Source of the DNA: Candidatus Poribacteria bacterium
GTDB lineage: Bacteria; Poribacteria; WGA-4E; WGA-3G
NCBI GenBank assembly: GCA_965205015.1
Contig: OZ242029.1
Location: 1,920,001-1,984,000 of the forward strand
DNA: 64,000 bases
Direction of reading: 5' to 3'
The notes under the pieces: model-generated
Told to the model about the DNA's origin: nothing
Database searches by the model: none
Seen by the model: only the letters and a program-made list of their open reading frames with translations
Position numbers and translations under genes: made by a program
Part shown: in pieces, positions 10,508-19,777 of the stretch
Position numbering within the stretch: position 1 is the stretch's first letter
How the letters are laid out: each line of letters opens with the position of its first letter

Positions 10508-10702
10508 ATGCCGAAAATTAAAACACATAAAGGTGCAGCAAAACGTTTCAAGTTCACATCGAAAGGCAAAATTCGCCGCAATCGCGCATACGCAGGACAC
10601 CTGTTCATTTCAAAATCAGCGAAACGCAAACGCAGATTGCGACAGGCAACCCTTGTCCATCCGAGCAACGCGAAACGCTTGAAACGCCTCATTCATCAAT
10701 AG
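10508..10702 (+). CDS. rpmI: 50S ribosomal protein L35
   Basis: MPKIKTHKGAAKRFK; synteny with infC and rplT. Confidence 0.97.
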   Translation: MPKIKTHKGAAKRFKFTSKGKIRRNRAYAGHLFISKSAKRKRRLRQATLVHPSNAKRLKRLIHQ

Positions 10703-10796
10703 AACTGAATGCCCGGCATCTACGATAACAACACATATCCGGGCGAAGTGTAGACGCGACCGCGGGTAACACTGCTGATCGTAATAGGAGTTTTAA

Positions 10797-11144
10797 ATGG
10801 CACGAGTAAAAACAGGGAGCGTGCGACGCAAACGCCGGAGCCGGATGCTTAAGTATTCTAAAGGTTACCGCGGGGGACGGAATAATCTCAAACGCACTGC
10901 TACAGAAGCGGTAGAAAAGGGATGGAACCACGCCTACGCACACCGACGCGCACGCAAACGCGATTTCCGACGACTCTGGATCGCGAGAATTAATGCAGCC
11001 GCCAGATTGCACGGACTCACCTACAGCCGGTTCATACACGGGCTCAAAGCCGCTGGTATTGAGCTTGACCGGAAAGTCCTCGCCGATATCGCTGTAAATG
11101 ACGAAGCCGGTTTTGGACAACTTGTCGCCCGCGCAAAAGGTTAG
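10797..11144 (+). CDS. rplT: 50S ribosomal protein L20
   Basis: MARVK...[17 protein letters not shown]...[16 protein letters not shown]. Confidence 0.98.
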   Translation: MARVKTGSVRRKRRSRMLKYSKGYRGGRNNLKRTATEAVEKGWNHAYAHRRARKRDFRRLWIARINAAARLHGLTYSRFIHGLKAAGIELDRKVLADIAVNDEAGFGQLVARAKG

Positions 11145-11173
11145 GTGTAGGTTTAGTCCCCTCTTCTTGGTAG

Positions 11174-11238
11174 ATGCCTATTGCTTTCGTCCCATAAGGA
11201 TACTAACCTTTATGGAGCAAAGTGATAGGCATTTTTTA
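11174..11238 (+). terminator. Probable intrinsic terminator after rplT
   Basis: ATGCCTATTGCTTT...AAAGTGATAGGCAT followed by a T run. Confidence 0.6.
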
Positions 11239-11306
11239 ATGGTTGTTAGTTGTGGGGTATGGGTCGGCGGTTAAAAGAGGTTCTGATAACCAAAAACAGA
11301 GGAAGT

Positions 11307-12323
11307 ATGAAAGCAGAATTACAAGCGATTCAAGCGGAGGCACTTGAGGCTTTGAAAGCTGTGAAAACGCCAGACGCGCTTGAGGCGCTCCGAATCACGT
11401 ATTTTGGACGCAGGGGAAAACTCACCGATGTCATGAAAGGCATGGGTAAACTCTCCAAAGAGGAACGTCCGATAATCGGTAAATTCGCAAATGAGGTGCG
11501 TGCCACGCTTACAGAGGCGTTTGAAACCGCGACGCAGACCTTGCATCGCCAGCAACAGGAGCAGCAGCTTGAAGCAGAAGCCGTTGACATCACGCTCCCC
11601 GGACGGAAGCCGACCTACGGAAAAGCACACCCCATAATGCAAACGTTGGCGCGGATTGAAGCGATTTTCGGTCAAATGGGGTTCCAAGTGGTGACGGGAC
11701 CCGACGTTGAGACCGAATATTACAACTTCGATGCCCTGAATACACCCGCCGATCATCCCGCTCGCGACTTACACGATACCTTTTACCTAACGGATGGGCA
11801 CCTTTTACGCACCCACACCTCGCCTGTTCAGATCCGCGCCATGGAGAACCAAAAACCGCCAATCAGGATTATCGTGCCAGGGAAATGCTATCGCGTGGAC
11901 TATGATGTCTCGCACACACCGATGTTCCATCAGGTAGAAGGCTTGCTCGTAGATACACACGCCACCTTTGGCGAACTCAAGGGGGTTTTGACCTCCTTTG
12001 CCCGGCAACTGTTCGGGGACCAGACACAAATGCGTTTCCGTCCGCACTTCTTCCCTTTTACGGAACCGAGCGCGGAGATGGATATCACCTGTGCCGTCTG
12101 TCAGGGAAAAGGGTGTCGAAGTTGTGGGGGTACGGGATGGGTTGAAGTCTTAGGGGCGGGTGCTGTTGATCCCGCTGTATTTGAAGCCGTGAACTATGAC
12201 CCGGATCAAGTTACGGGGTTTGCCTTCGGTATGGGGGTAGAAAGGATCGCGAACCTCCAGTTTCGCATCCCGGACATGCGCACTCTCTATGAAAACGATC
12301 TCCGATTCCTACGCCAATTTTAA
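11307..12323 (+). CDS. pheS: Phenylalanine--tRNA ligase alpha subunit
   Basis: NFDALNTPADHPARD, LRTHTSPVQ, FHQVEG, FPFTEPS, GFAFGMGVER. Confidence 0.97.
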   Translation: MKAELQAIQAEALEALKAVKTPDALEALRITYFGRRGKLTDVMKGMGKLSKEERPIIGKFANEVRATLTEAFETATQTLHRQQQEQQLEAEAVDITLPGRKPTYGKAHPIMQTLARIEAIFGQMGFQVVTGPDVETEYYNFDALNTPADHPARDLHDTFYLTDGHLLRTHTSPVQIRAMENQKPPIRIIVPGKCYRVDYDVSHTPMFHQVEGLLVDTHATFGELKGVLTSFARQLFGDQTQMRFRPHFFPFTEPSAEMDITCAVCQGKGCRSCGGTGWVEVLGAGAVDPAVFEAVNYDPDQVTGFAFGMGVERIANLQFRIPDMRTLYENDLRFLRQF

Positions 12324-12336
12324 TGCGGTGACATAG

Positions 12337-13218
12337 ATGAAACGCACCTGTTTTGCAATTGTCATACTCATTTTTCTTCTCCACAACAATTCCGCTGTTT
12401 CCGAAGTTAGCAGTGCCGCCCAGCAGGTTCTCGCCACTATAGAATGGATCTCAATTCCCGAAGGCACCTTCCTGATGGGTTCAACCCCCGAGGAGGCGAA
12501 AGCCGCCTACGAGGACGCAAAATTGCGGAGTTCCATGCTGGAGCAGCACACCTTCGATGCTGAACTGCCACGACACCGAATCTACCTAAGCACTTACGAA
12601 ATATCGCGGTATGAAATCACCAATACCCAATACCGCACTTTCATTGAGGCAACGAACCGTCCGACACCGCGCGGACACAACGGCGAGGAGACGTGGGCAG
12701 ATGAAACGCTCAACAGCGACACACAACCCGTTGTCGGTGTAACATGGTTTGATGCCCAGGCGTTTGCAGAATGGATCGGCGGAAGCCTCCCGACCGAGGC
12801 ACAATGGGAACGTGCAGCACGTGGGGCAGAGGGACGAACATACCCGTGGGGCGACGTTCCACCAAAAGCGCGTCAACACGCTAACTTCGCACGCCGCTAT
12901 AATCGTCCGGTGCCGGTGGGTCAGTTCCCAAAAGGTGAATCTCCGAACGGTATCGCAGACCTTGCCGGAAATGTATGGGAATGGTGCCTTGATGAATACA
13001 GCCCAACTTTCTATCAGCAACACAACGGTGGAACCTCCCAAAATCCACTCAATCTTCGGTTCCGAGATATCCTACGCGCAAGGGTCATCCGAGGCGGCGC
13101 GTGGGATGTGGGGAGAGCATTTCTTCGGTCAAGTCTCCGATTTAAATTTTATCCTTTGGATTCAACGCATACAATCGGATTTCGGGTCGTCCGTCCGCGC
13201 CCAGCAATAAAAGAATAG
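12337..13218 (+). CDS. Formylglycine-generating enzyme (SUMF1/FGE-sulfatase) domain protein, secreted
   Basis: FLMGS, YEITNTQY, LPTEAQWERAARG, YPWG, DLAGNVWEW, RGGAW, GFR; signal peptide. Confidence 0.9.
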   Translation: MKRTCFAIVILIFLLHNNSAVSEVSSAAQQVLATIEWISIPEGTFLMGSTPEEAKAAYEDAKLRSSMLEQHTFDAELPRHRIYLSTYEISRYEITNTQYRTFIEATNRPTPRGHNGEETWADETLNSDTQPVVGVTWFDAQAFAEWIGGSLPTEAQWERAARGAEGRTYPWGDVPPKARQHANFARRYNRPVPVGQFPKGESPNGIADLAGNVWEWCLDEYSPTFYQQHNGGTSQNPLNLRFRDILRARVIRGGAWDVGRAFLRSSLRFKFYPLDSTHTIGFRVVRPRPAIKE

Positions 13219-13231
13219 CCTTTCTATCACT

Positions 13232-14902
13232 ATGTTCCAACGGAAACACAACCTATCTCGTCTCCTATTCCTCATACTACAGACCTATCTGCTTCTCATG
13301 CGCCTACCACTCGGAAGTACTGCCCCCTATTTTCGAGATGTGACCGATGCGATGAAACTTGATTTTCGACACATCAACGGCTTCTCTACGGAACGTAGAC
13401 TCGTTGAAACCATGGGGAGCGGCGGTGCGCTCTTTGACTTCGACAACGATGGAGACTTGGATCTCTACCTCATTCAAGGCAACTTACTCTCATCATCAAC
13501 AGAAGCCCCGCCCACAAACCGTCTCTATCGAAACGATGCGGGTGTTTTCGTTGACATCACAGCGTCCGCAAACGTCGGTGATACCGGCTATGGTCTCGGT
13601 GCTGTCGCTGCCGATTATGATTCTGACGGGTACCGCGATCTGTACGTGACAAACTTAGGCAAAAATGTCCTCTACCGAAACAACGGCGATGGTACCTTTA
13701 TCGATGTAACCGAACACGCACAGGTAAGTTGTCCCTTGTTAAGTGCAAGTGCCGCATTTGCTGACATTGACCGAGATGGCGACTTGGATCTCTACGTGTG
13801 TAACTACGTCGAATACGCCTTGGAAACCGATATCCCCTGCTATTACAAAAATACTCTGCGTATCTACTGCGGTCCCAACGAGTATCACGGCATCGCCGAT
13901 GTGCTTTACCGAAACAACGGCGACGGCACGTTCACAGACATAACGAAAGCCGCGGGGGTCTATGAACCGACGACGCGGGGGCTCGGTGTCGTCTTCACAG
14001 ACGTAAATAACGACAGATGGCTGGACATCTACGTCGCAAACGATATGTCCCCGAATACGCTTTTCATCAATCAGGGGAATGGCACTTTTCGAGAGGAGGG
14101 CGTGCTTCGCGGTGTTGCATACAACGGCGATGGCATAGCAAACGGTTCTATGGGTATCGACGCTGGTGACTATGACAACGACGGCGATATTGACCTCTGG
14201 GTGTCCAATTTTGCATTGGAGGCGAACTGCCTCATGCAGAACGATGGCGACGGCTACTTTGAAGATATGACGTTTGACGCAAACCTCGCCGATCCTTCCT
14301 TCTACGCACTCGGTTTCGGCACCCGTTTCATCGACTTTGATAACGACGGTTGGTTAGACTTGCTCGTCGGAAATGGACACATCTGGGACAACGTGAAACA
14401 GATTGACGCGAAACAGAGCTACGCACAACCCGTGCAACTCTTTCACAATCAAGGCGGCACTTCACAAAGCCATACCGGCTTCACCGAGATTACCGCTGAA
14501 GTGGGATTGAATAAAACACCTTACGTCGTCCGCGGGATGCTCTTTGGGGATATAGATACCGATGGTGATGTGGACGTTGTGCTTTGTCAATCGAACCGTC
14601 CAACGGTCATCCTCAGCAATGAAATCGGTAGTGAGAACGCATGGTTAACGGTGAAATTGGTCGGAGCAGACGGCAATACAGATGCAATCGGCGCGCAGGT
14701 TCAGTTGGAAGCGGATGGGATGACACTCCTACGGGAGGTTATCTGCGGTGCAAGTTACCTCTCGGGCAACGATCTTCGTCTCACCTTTGGATTGGGAGAA
14801 GCATCGGAGATAAAGAACCTCCAAGTCCGATGGCACAACGGGAATGTCCAGCAATTAAGTAAAGTGCCGATCCGTCAAATTGTCACATTTTCGCAGGATT
14901 GA
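13232..14902 (+). CDS. CRTAC1 family FG-GAP repeat / ASPIC-UnbV protein
   Basis: Repeated D.DNDG.LD and LYRNNGDGTF; C-terminal AIGA.V...SYLS...LTFGLG...VRW. Confidence 0.9.
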   Translation: MFQRKHNLSRLLFLILQTYLLLMRLPLGSTAPYFRDVTDAMKLDFRHINGFSTERRLVETMGSGGALFDFDNDGDLDLYLIQGNLLSSSTEAPPTNRLYRNDAGVFVDITASANVGDTGYGLGAVAADYDSDGYRDLYVTNLGKNVLYRNNGDGTFIDVTEHAQVSCPLLSASAAFADIDRDGDLDLYVCNYVEYALETDIPCYYKNTLRIYCGPNEYHGIADVLYRNNGDGTFTDITKAAGVYEPTTRGLGVVFTDVNNDRWLDIYVANDMSPNTLFINQGNGTFREEGVLRGVAYNGDGIANGSMGIDAGDYDNDGDIDLWVSNFALEANCLMQNDGDGYFEDMTFDANLADPSFYALGFGTRFIDFDNDGWLDLLVGNGHIWDNVKQIDAKQSYAQPVQLFHNQGGTSQSHTGFTEITAEVGLNKTPYVVRGMLFGDIDTDGDVDVVLCQSNRPTVILSNEIGSENAWLTVKLVGADGNTDAIGAQVQLEADGMTLLREVICGASYLSGNDLRLTFGLGEASEIKNLQVRWHNGNVQQLSKVPIRQIVTFSQD

Positions 14903-15080
14903 CACTTTTCGCTGTTAATACTACAATAAATAGGGGGGATTAGCGGTCAGCAATTAATAGTCAGTTAAGAGGTGCCCCGTAAACCCAAAACGGTAGCCTG
15001 CAACATCGGCGCAGGCGGATGGAAAGAACACACGCAAAAGTTCTAACATCCATTGTTCTCCCGCAAGGTAAATTAAAAAC

Positions 15081-15437
15081 ATGAAAATCGTTGAAGAAAG
15101 AGAAGCGTGGATTCACACGCACTTCATCCTTGATAGCTTCTTCGTCACCGAACAGGAACGCCGGCAGATTTCTATTAGCGTTGAACCGGAACTGATGCAT
15201 CTCGGACTCCAATACGGACTGACGTATGACATCGCGCCATCAAAACATCGCGCCATCATCGTCCTTGAATGCATACCCTTTGATCCAATCAAAGCGGAAA
15301 TTAAAAAACTGATTAACGATGTGATCGAAGATTTTCCTGTCCGACTCCCTGAACAACGGAATGTTGTTACCAATATTACCGTCACGGATCAGGAAACAGA
15401 AGCAGCGAATACTAATGTCCAAGCCCCAAGGCAGTGA
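15081..15437 (+). CDS. Hypothetical protein
   Basis: 118 aa; preceded by the CCGCAAGG-A-rich leader seen before other real genes. Confidence 0.65.
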   Translation: MKIVEEREAWIHTHFILDSFFVTEQERRQISISVEPELMHLGLQYGLTYDIAPSKHRAIIVLECIPFDPIKAEIKKLINDVIEDFPVRLPEQRNVVTNITVTDQETEAANTNVQAPRQ

Positions 15438-16767
15438 GGACCTGTGTTCCGACAGTGCCATCGGTGATGTTGAAAATGGATGGGAATTCGTCCAGCCAAC
15501 CGTCATTGGCACTCGGGCAAAATTGGCGAGCATTGCCCTCAATAGCCGTTACACCAGGGATACGCGCAGCGAGTCCCGCGGAGTGTAAAAAGGATGCACC
15601 CGGACACGTTAGATCCTGCACAGCGAGGAACATATCGTATCCTGCGGCGGCGGCACCCATCAGCAACGCTTGAGACTGTCCTTTACACGCCTTGAGGGCA
15701 ACACCGGAATATCCTTGCTCGCGTGCCAGTAGAAAGGTCTCAAAATCGGTGAGTGACTCGTCGATCACTACAGGTTTTATCTCGGCGGCTTTGTGCATCT
15801 TATTTTCAGGATGCGCCTTCAGGTCCCGATCCGTCGGTTGCTCAATGTAAGCGAGGCGTTGGAAAGCGTTGCTCTCTGCTTCTTGAATCTGGCTGAGAAA
15901 TTCCAATAGGTATTCGACATTTTGACAGGTTTCGTTGAAGTCAGCAGAGTAGTGCCAAGTATCAACACCGCGTTTCGCTTGCGTTTCGGCGGTGACTTTA
16001 TCGATTGCGAGGACACGCGCAACATCCCACGCCAAGTCGTCGCCGTTGAGTTTAATTTTTAGATGCGTCAACCCATCGGCAACGATCCATTCAGGGAGCG
16101 TTTCCGGAAGACCGTCATTGAGGCGTTCTGGGATATCCGCGTCAGTGAGCGGATCCAAGGCACCAACGAGATGATAGATCGGCATATTCGGCTTCGGTTG
16201 ACGTGAAGTATACTGATCGAGGTATTTTCCGCTGAATCGTTCATTCAAAAAATGCGACAGATCCGCCTCAATAAAGTCTTCGCCCAGTCCGTTGTAACTA
16301 TTGATCCCGTTGGCTTTGCCGAACGCATCGTGAATTGCCGCGTCGATCGGGCTCGTCGTAACGACGGTGCAGAGTTTCGGCATCGGCGACGCGAGTTGCA
16401 TGTTGTGAGACAAATCATCGGCGATTTTTAAAAATTCTGGCTCAAGCACTTCAGAAAGTTCAAGCGGGTGCGCACAGAGTGTGCAATCCCGTGTTGCCGT
16501 TACCGCCAATTCGGCGAGCTTTTTCATCGCGGCGAGGCTCTGATCAAAAGGCGCGTAGCGCGGCGGAAACGCCCAAACGTTACCGAGGGGCATGGAACCT
16601 TTTCCTTCTGCCACTTGGTTTCCATCGCGCGTCTCGACCTGTACCCGGACATTAAAGAGGACGCAGTGATTCGTTGGTACGCCACCGAACTTGAGCGGAG
16701 TGCGGTATTGGTGTTCTTCAAAATCGTAATGAACGTCAAGGATGCGAATATCTGTCGGTTTTGGCAT
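15412..16767 (-). CDS. Enolase superfamily (mandelate racemase/muconate lactonizing-like) enzyme
   Basis: HLKIKL, ADFNE, YIEQP, VIDES, ALKACKG. Confidence 0.8.
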   Translation of the reverse strand: MPKPTDIRILDVHYDFEEHQYRTPLKFGGVPTNHCVLFNVRVQVETRDGNQVAEGKGSMPLGNVWAFPPRYAPFDQSLAAMKKLAELAVTATRDCTLCAHPLELSEVLEPEFLKIADDLSHNMQLASPMPKLCTVVTTSPIDAAIHDAFGKANGINSYNGLGEDFIEADLSHFLNERFSGKYLDQYTSRQPKPNMPIYHLVGALDPLTDADIPERLNDGLPETLPEWIVADGLTHLKIKLNGDDLAWDVARVLAIDKVTAETQAKRGVDTWHYSADFNETCQNVEYLLEFLSQIQEAESNAFQRLAYIEQPTDRDLKAHPENKMHKAAEIKPVVIDESLTDFETFLLAREQGYSGVALKACKGQSQALLMGAAAAGYDMFLAVQDLTCPGASFLHSAGLAARIPGVTAIEGNARQFCPSANDGWLDEFPSIFNITDGTVGTQVLTALGLGH

Positions 16768-16835
16768 AACTTCCTCTTATACGTCTTGATCCCGCCTGAA
16801 ATTCAAATGTCCAAAGGATATGTTCCCGGGGTGCC

Positions 16836-17270
16836 TTATTTTGAAGAATCCTGGGACGGTGCCGGAGGGGGTTCCGTAAACTTCTCTCCGCGTGCTTCAG
16901 CCTCCAACCTACGAGTGTTCCACGCGGCTACTTCCTGATAAACCTCCGTTTTGCCTTCCGCTTTGCCTTCCGCTTTGCCTTCCGCTTTTAATCTTTTGTC
17001 TCTCGCTAAAGAATCTCTAAGTCGCTGAAACATAACGTCGATTCCCTCCTCAATAAATGTTAAGGTTGTGGCAGCTGACATGATTTTTGGAAAGTTGTTG
17101 GCAATCGTATAAAATGCCTCCAAAAAACTCTTGTCTTTCAATAATATCTCGTGTAGGAAAACTGTTGCCAGACAAGTAAGTGCGAAAATCGCAAAAGCAA
17201 TCATCGCTCCCTCGGCGTTCCGGACCGTGAACATTGGGGCTTGTCTATTGCTGTTGTTTTCATTTTCCAT
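16836..17270 (-). CDS. Hypothetical membrane protein with AEGK repeats
   Basis: TM segment; KAEGKAEGKAEGK; C-terminal FTEPPP. Confidence 0.65.
   Translation of the reverse strand: MENENNSNRQAPMFTVRNAEGAMIAFAIFALTCLATVFLHEILLKDKSFLEAFYTIANNFPKIMSAATTLTFIEEGIDVMFQRLRDSLARDKRLKAEGKAEGKAEGKTEVYQEVAAWNTRRLEAEARGEKFTEPPPAPSQDSSK
16951..16988. repeat. 12-bp tandem repeat TTGCCTTCCGCT x3 (encodes AEGK)
   Basis: Read directly from the sequence. Confidence 0.85.
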
Positions 17271-17347
17271 ACAGATACCACCTATGTATCTCTTAAGCAT
17301 ATCCTATTTTTCACCCTTTGTCAACAAAAAAGAAAACAGAAAACAAA

Positions 17348-17376
17348 TTGACAGCTCTCCTGTGAACTGATAAACT
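17348..17376 (+). promoter_or_regulatory. sigma70-type promoter
   Basis: TTGACA-17-TAAACT upstream of the SHMT-like gene. Confidence 0.55.
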
Positions 17377-17422
17377 ATACCCAAAGACAACCTACCCTTC
17401 AATTAGCAGGAGACGCTTTTGA

Positions 17423-18661
17423 ATGAATACGAATGAAAAAGTCCAAAAGCTCACTTCACTTCTCGATAAACATCAAGCCTATCGGGACACCTGTCTCAAT
17501 CTCATCGCTTCGGAGAACACGCCTTCGCCGTTGGTGGAAGAACTTTTCGATGAACGACTGGCGCGGCGATATGGGAATTATTCTGGTGTTGACATTTACC
17601 AACGGAATTACAAGGGCAACCGCTACATCGCCGAAATAGAGGGATACACACAGGCGTTAGCAAAAGAGTTGTTCGGCGCAGCGCATGTCGATTTCCGTCC
17701 GCTATCGGGGAACATCGCAGGGATTGCGACGACGTTTGCATTGGCAAAGCCCGGCGATACGGCATTAGAAGTTCATAACGGACACCACTATGCCCAAAAA
17801 CTACGCTCCTCACCCCTCAAAATAGAACTACAGTCGATTCCGATTCCGTGGGACGGACGGCGTTCAAATATTGATCTCGATGCAACGCTTGAACTGATTG
17901 CGAAACACAAACCCAGCATCGTCAACATCGGCTCTGGGGTGTTTCTTTTCCCTCAACCCGTGCGGGAATTGAAAGAGGCAATGCGCCAAGCGAATCCAGA
18001 CGCTTATCTCATCTACGACGCCTCACACGTCATTGGACTCATCGCCGGTGGACGGTTTCAATCGCCGTTTGATGAAGGCGCTGATGTCATCATCTCCAGC
18101 ACGCATAAGACGCTTGCGGGACCGCAGGGTGGAATGGTGCTGACGAACGATGCCTCCATTGCTGAGCGAGTTGCGAGGGGGGTCTATCCCTTGCTGATGA
18201 GTAATCATCATCTCAATCGGCTTCCAGCGTTAGCAGGGACGTTTATAGAGTGGATGGAATGCGGTAAGGCACAAGCGGATGCGATTGTTACGAATGCAAA
18301 GGCGCTCGGACAGGCGTTGGCAGAACGCGGCGTTCCGATACTCGGTGCCGACCTCGGCTTCACGGAGTCGCATACCTTGATACTGATTGTGGATAAATAT
18401 GGGGACGGCGGCGCACTCGCAAACCATCTGGAGGCATGTCATATTATCGCGGGCGCCGCGGGAGTGTCACCAGAAGTCGGCACATCTGGATTGCGTATGG
18501 GTGTTCAAGAGGTCACGCGGTGGGGCATGACCCCAACGGATGCCCCGGATATCGCGGAATGTATTGTCTCAGCACTCTCTGGTGGGATGCCTGAGGAACT
18601 TAAACCGAAGGTTGCGGAAGTCGCGCGTCGCTTTGACACAATCCAGTTCACCGTCGATTAA
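17423..18661 (+). CDS. Divergent serine hydroxymethyltransferase-like PLP enzyme
   Basis: LNLIASEN, DASH..GLIAGG, STHKTLAGPQGG, SGLRMG; the canonical YAEG and GGHL motifs are altered. Confidence 0.8.
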   Translation: MNTNEKVQKLTSLLDKHQAYRDTCLNLIASENTPSPLVEELFDERLARRYGNYSGVDIYQRNYKGNRYIAEIEGYTQALAKELFGAAHVDFRPLSGNIAGIATTFALAKPGDTALEVHNGHHYAQKLRSSPLKIELQSIPIPWDGRRSNIDLDATLELIAKHKPSIVNIGSGVFLFPQPVRELKEAMRQANPDAYLIYDASHVIGLIAGGRFQSPFDEGADVIISSTHKTLAGPQGGMVLTNDASIAERVARGVYPLLMSNHHLNRLPALAGTFIEWMECGKAQADAIVTNAKALGQALAERGVPILGADLGFTESHTLILIVDKYGDGGALANHLEACHIIAGAAGVSPEVGTSGLRMGVQEVTRWGMTPTDAPDIAECIVSALSGGMPEELKPKVAEVARRFDTIQFTVD

Positions 18662-18739
18662 ACAGGAATGCATATAAACGAAGTGGGGTTTGACCCCACT
18701 TCACTGCTGGCGAGGATTGTATCCTCGCTAGCTCGTATA

Positions 18740-19768
18740 CTATTTTCGCTTCAATTTTCCCCACATTGTTGTTAGCAACTCTATATTGGGTTGAACAGGC
18801 AGGGCTGCTGGGTCAAACCAGTCCGCCCGGCTATTGTCTCCGTTATGTGTGAGCTGCGTTTTTACACGGCTTCCCACGCCAATCTTGAAAAGTTGTGTGG
18901 CACCTCTGATTTCCTGTTGATAGATGATTTCATCGCCTTGAGGAGACCAAGTCGGGCGGAGGGCGTCCGGTCCCTTTTCTGACACAAGTTGTCGTAAGCG
19001 ACTCCCATCACGGTTGATAACGTAGATGGTTTCCTCATCCTGCCAGGCGACTGCATCTGCGAGGTTTAGTATCGCCCTAAATTTGTGTAAGACAAAAGCG
19101 ATTTGTTCCCCATTCGGGGACCACGCCGGGTGACTCTTATATGGATACTTATTTAGTTCACCGAGCAGAACAGTTTGTTTGAGCGTTTCAACGTTGAGGA
19201 GACGAAGTTCATAACCTTGTTTTGATTTATGGTGAATGAAGGCAATTTCCTTTCCGTTGGGTGACCAAGCAGGATCGCCGACACTTCCGAAGCCAGTCTG
19301 TGCTACCGGTTCAACTGATTTACCGTCTATCGTGGCAATGTAAAGCACGGCATCGCTCACAGACGCAATTCGCTTTCCATCTGGAGACCACGTTGCCTCG
19401 GATCTACTGTGCCAATTGTCAAGAACTTGTCTTACATTGTTTCCATCAGCATCCATGAGATACAAGCTTTCTCCTCCTTTGCGAAACGAGACGAAAAGAA
19501 TCTGTTCCCCTGTTGGCGACCAAACTGGGGAAAAATCGGCTGCTGTATCTTGTGTAAGATTTACGGGATCGCTTCCGTCTGGATTCATCGTCCAGATATC
19601 CCAATTCCCGTCTCGGTTGGATGAAAATACAACTTTTGCGGTTGTTGGTGCTTTTGCCGATGTCGTTACACCGCTGTTGAACAGTAGGAAACCGAGGCAA
19701 CAGAACAAGGCAAAAAATCTAACGCTCATAATTTTTCTCCTTTTGGGTTTGGAATTCTTCATTTTCAT
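18740..19768 (-). CDS. Secreted TolB-like PD40 propeller with C-terminal TTMWGKLK
   Basis: Signal peptide; WSP repeats; close paralog of the propeller in the upstream sigma fusion. Confidence 0.85.
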   Translation of the reverse strand: MKMKNSKPKRRKIMSVRFFALFCCLGFLLFNSGVTTSAKAPTTAKVVFSSNRDGNWDIWTMNPDGSDPVNLTQDTAADFSPVWSPTGEQILFVSFRKGGESLYLMDADGNNVRQVLDNWHSRSEATWSPDGKRIASVSDAVLYIATIDGKSVEPVAQTGFGSVGDPAWSPNGKEIAFIHHKSKQGYELRLLNVETLKQTVLLGELNKYPYKSHPAWSPNGEQIAFVLHKFRAILNLADAVAWQDEETIYVINRDGSRLRQLVSEKGPDALRPTWSPQGDEIIYQQEIRGATQLFKIGVGSRVKTQLTHNGDNSRADWFDPAALPVQPNIELLTTMWGKLKRK

Positions 19769-19777
19769 AAAAACTGA

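Noticed and set aside
10703-10796. Twister or hammerhead ribozyme
   Set aside because: Partial look-alikes (TAACACTGC, CTGA..CGAA), but core spacing and loops do not fit
11145-11306. T-box or pheM-type attenuator before pheS
   Set aside because: No T-box consensus or Phe-rich leader peptide; only a terminator-like hairpin
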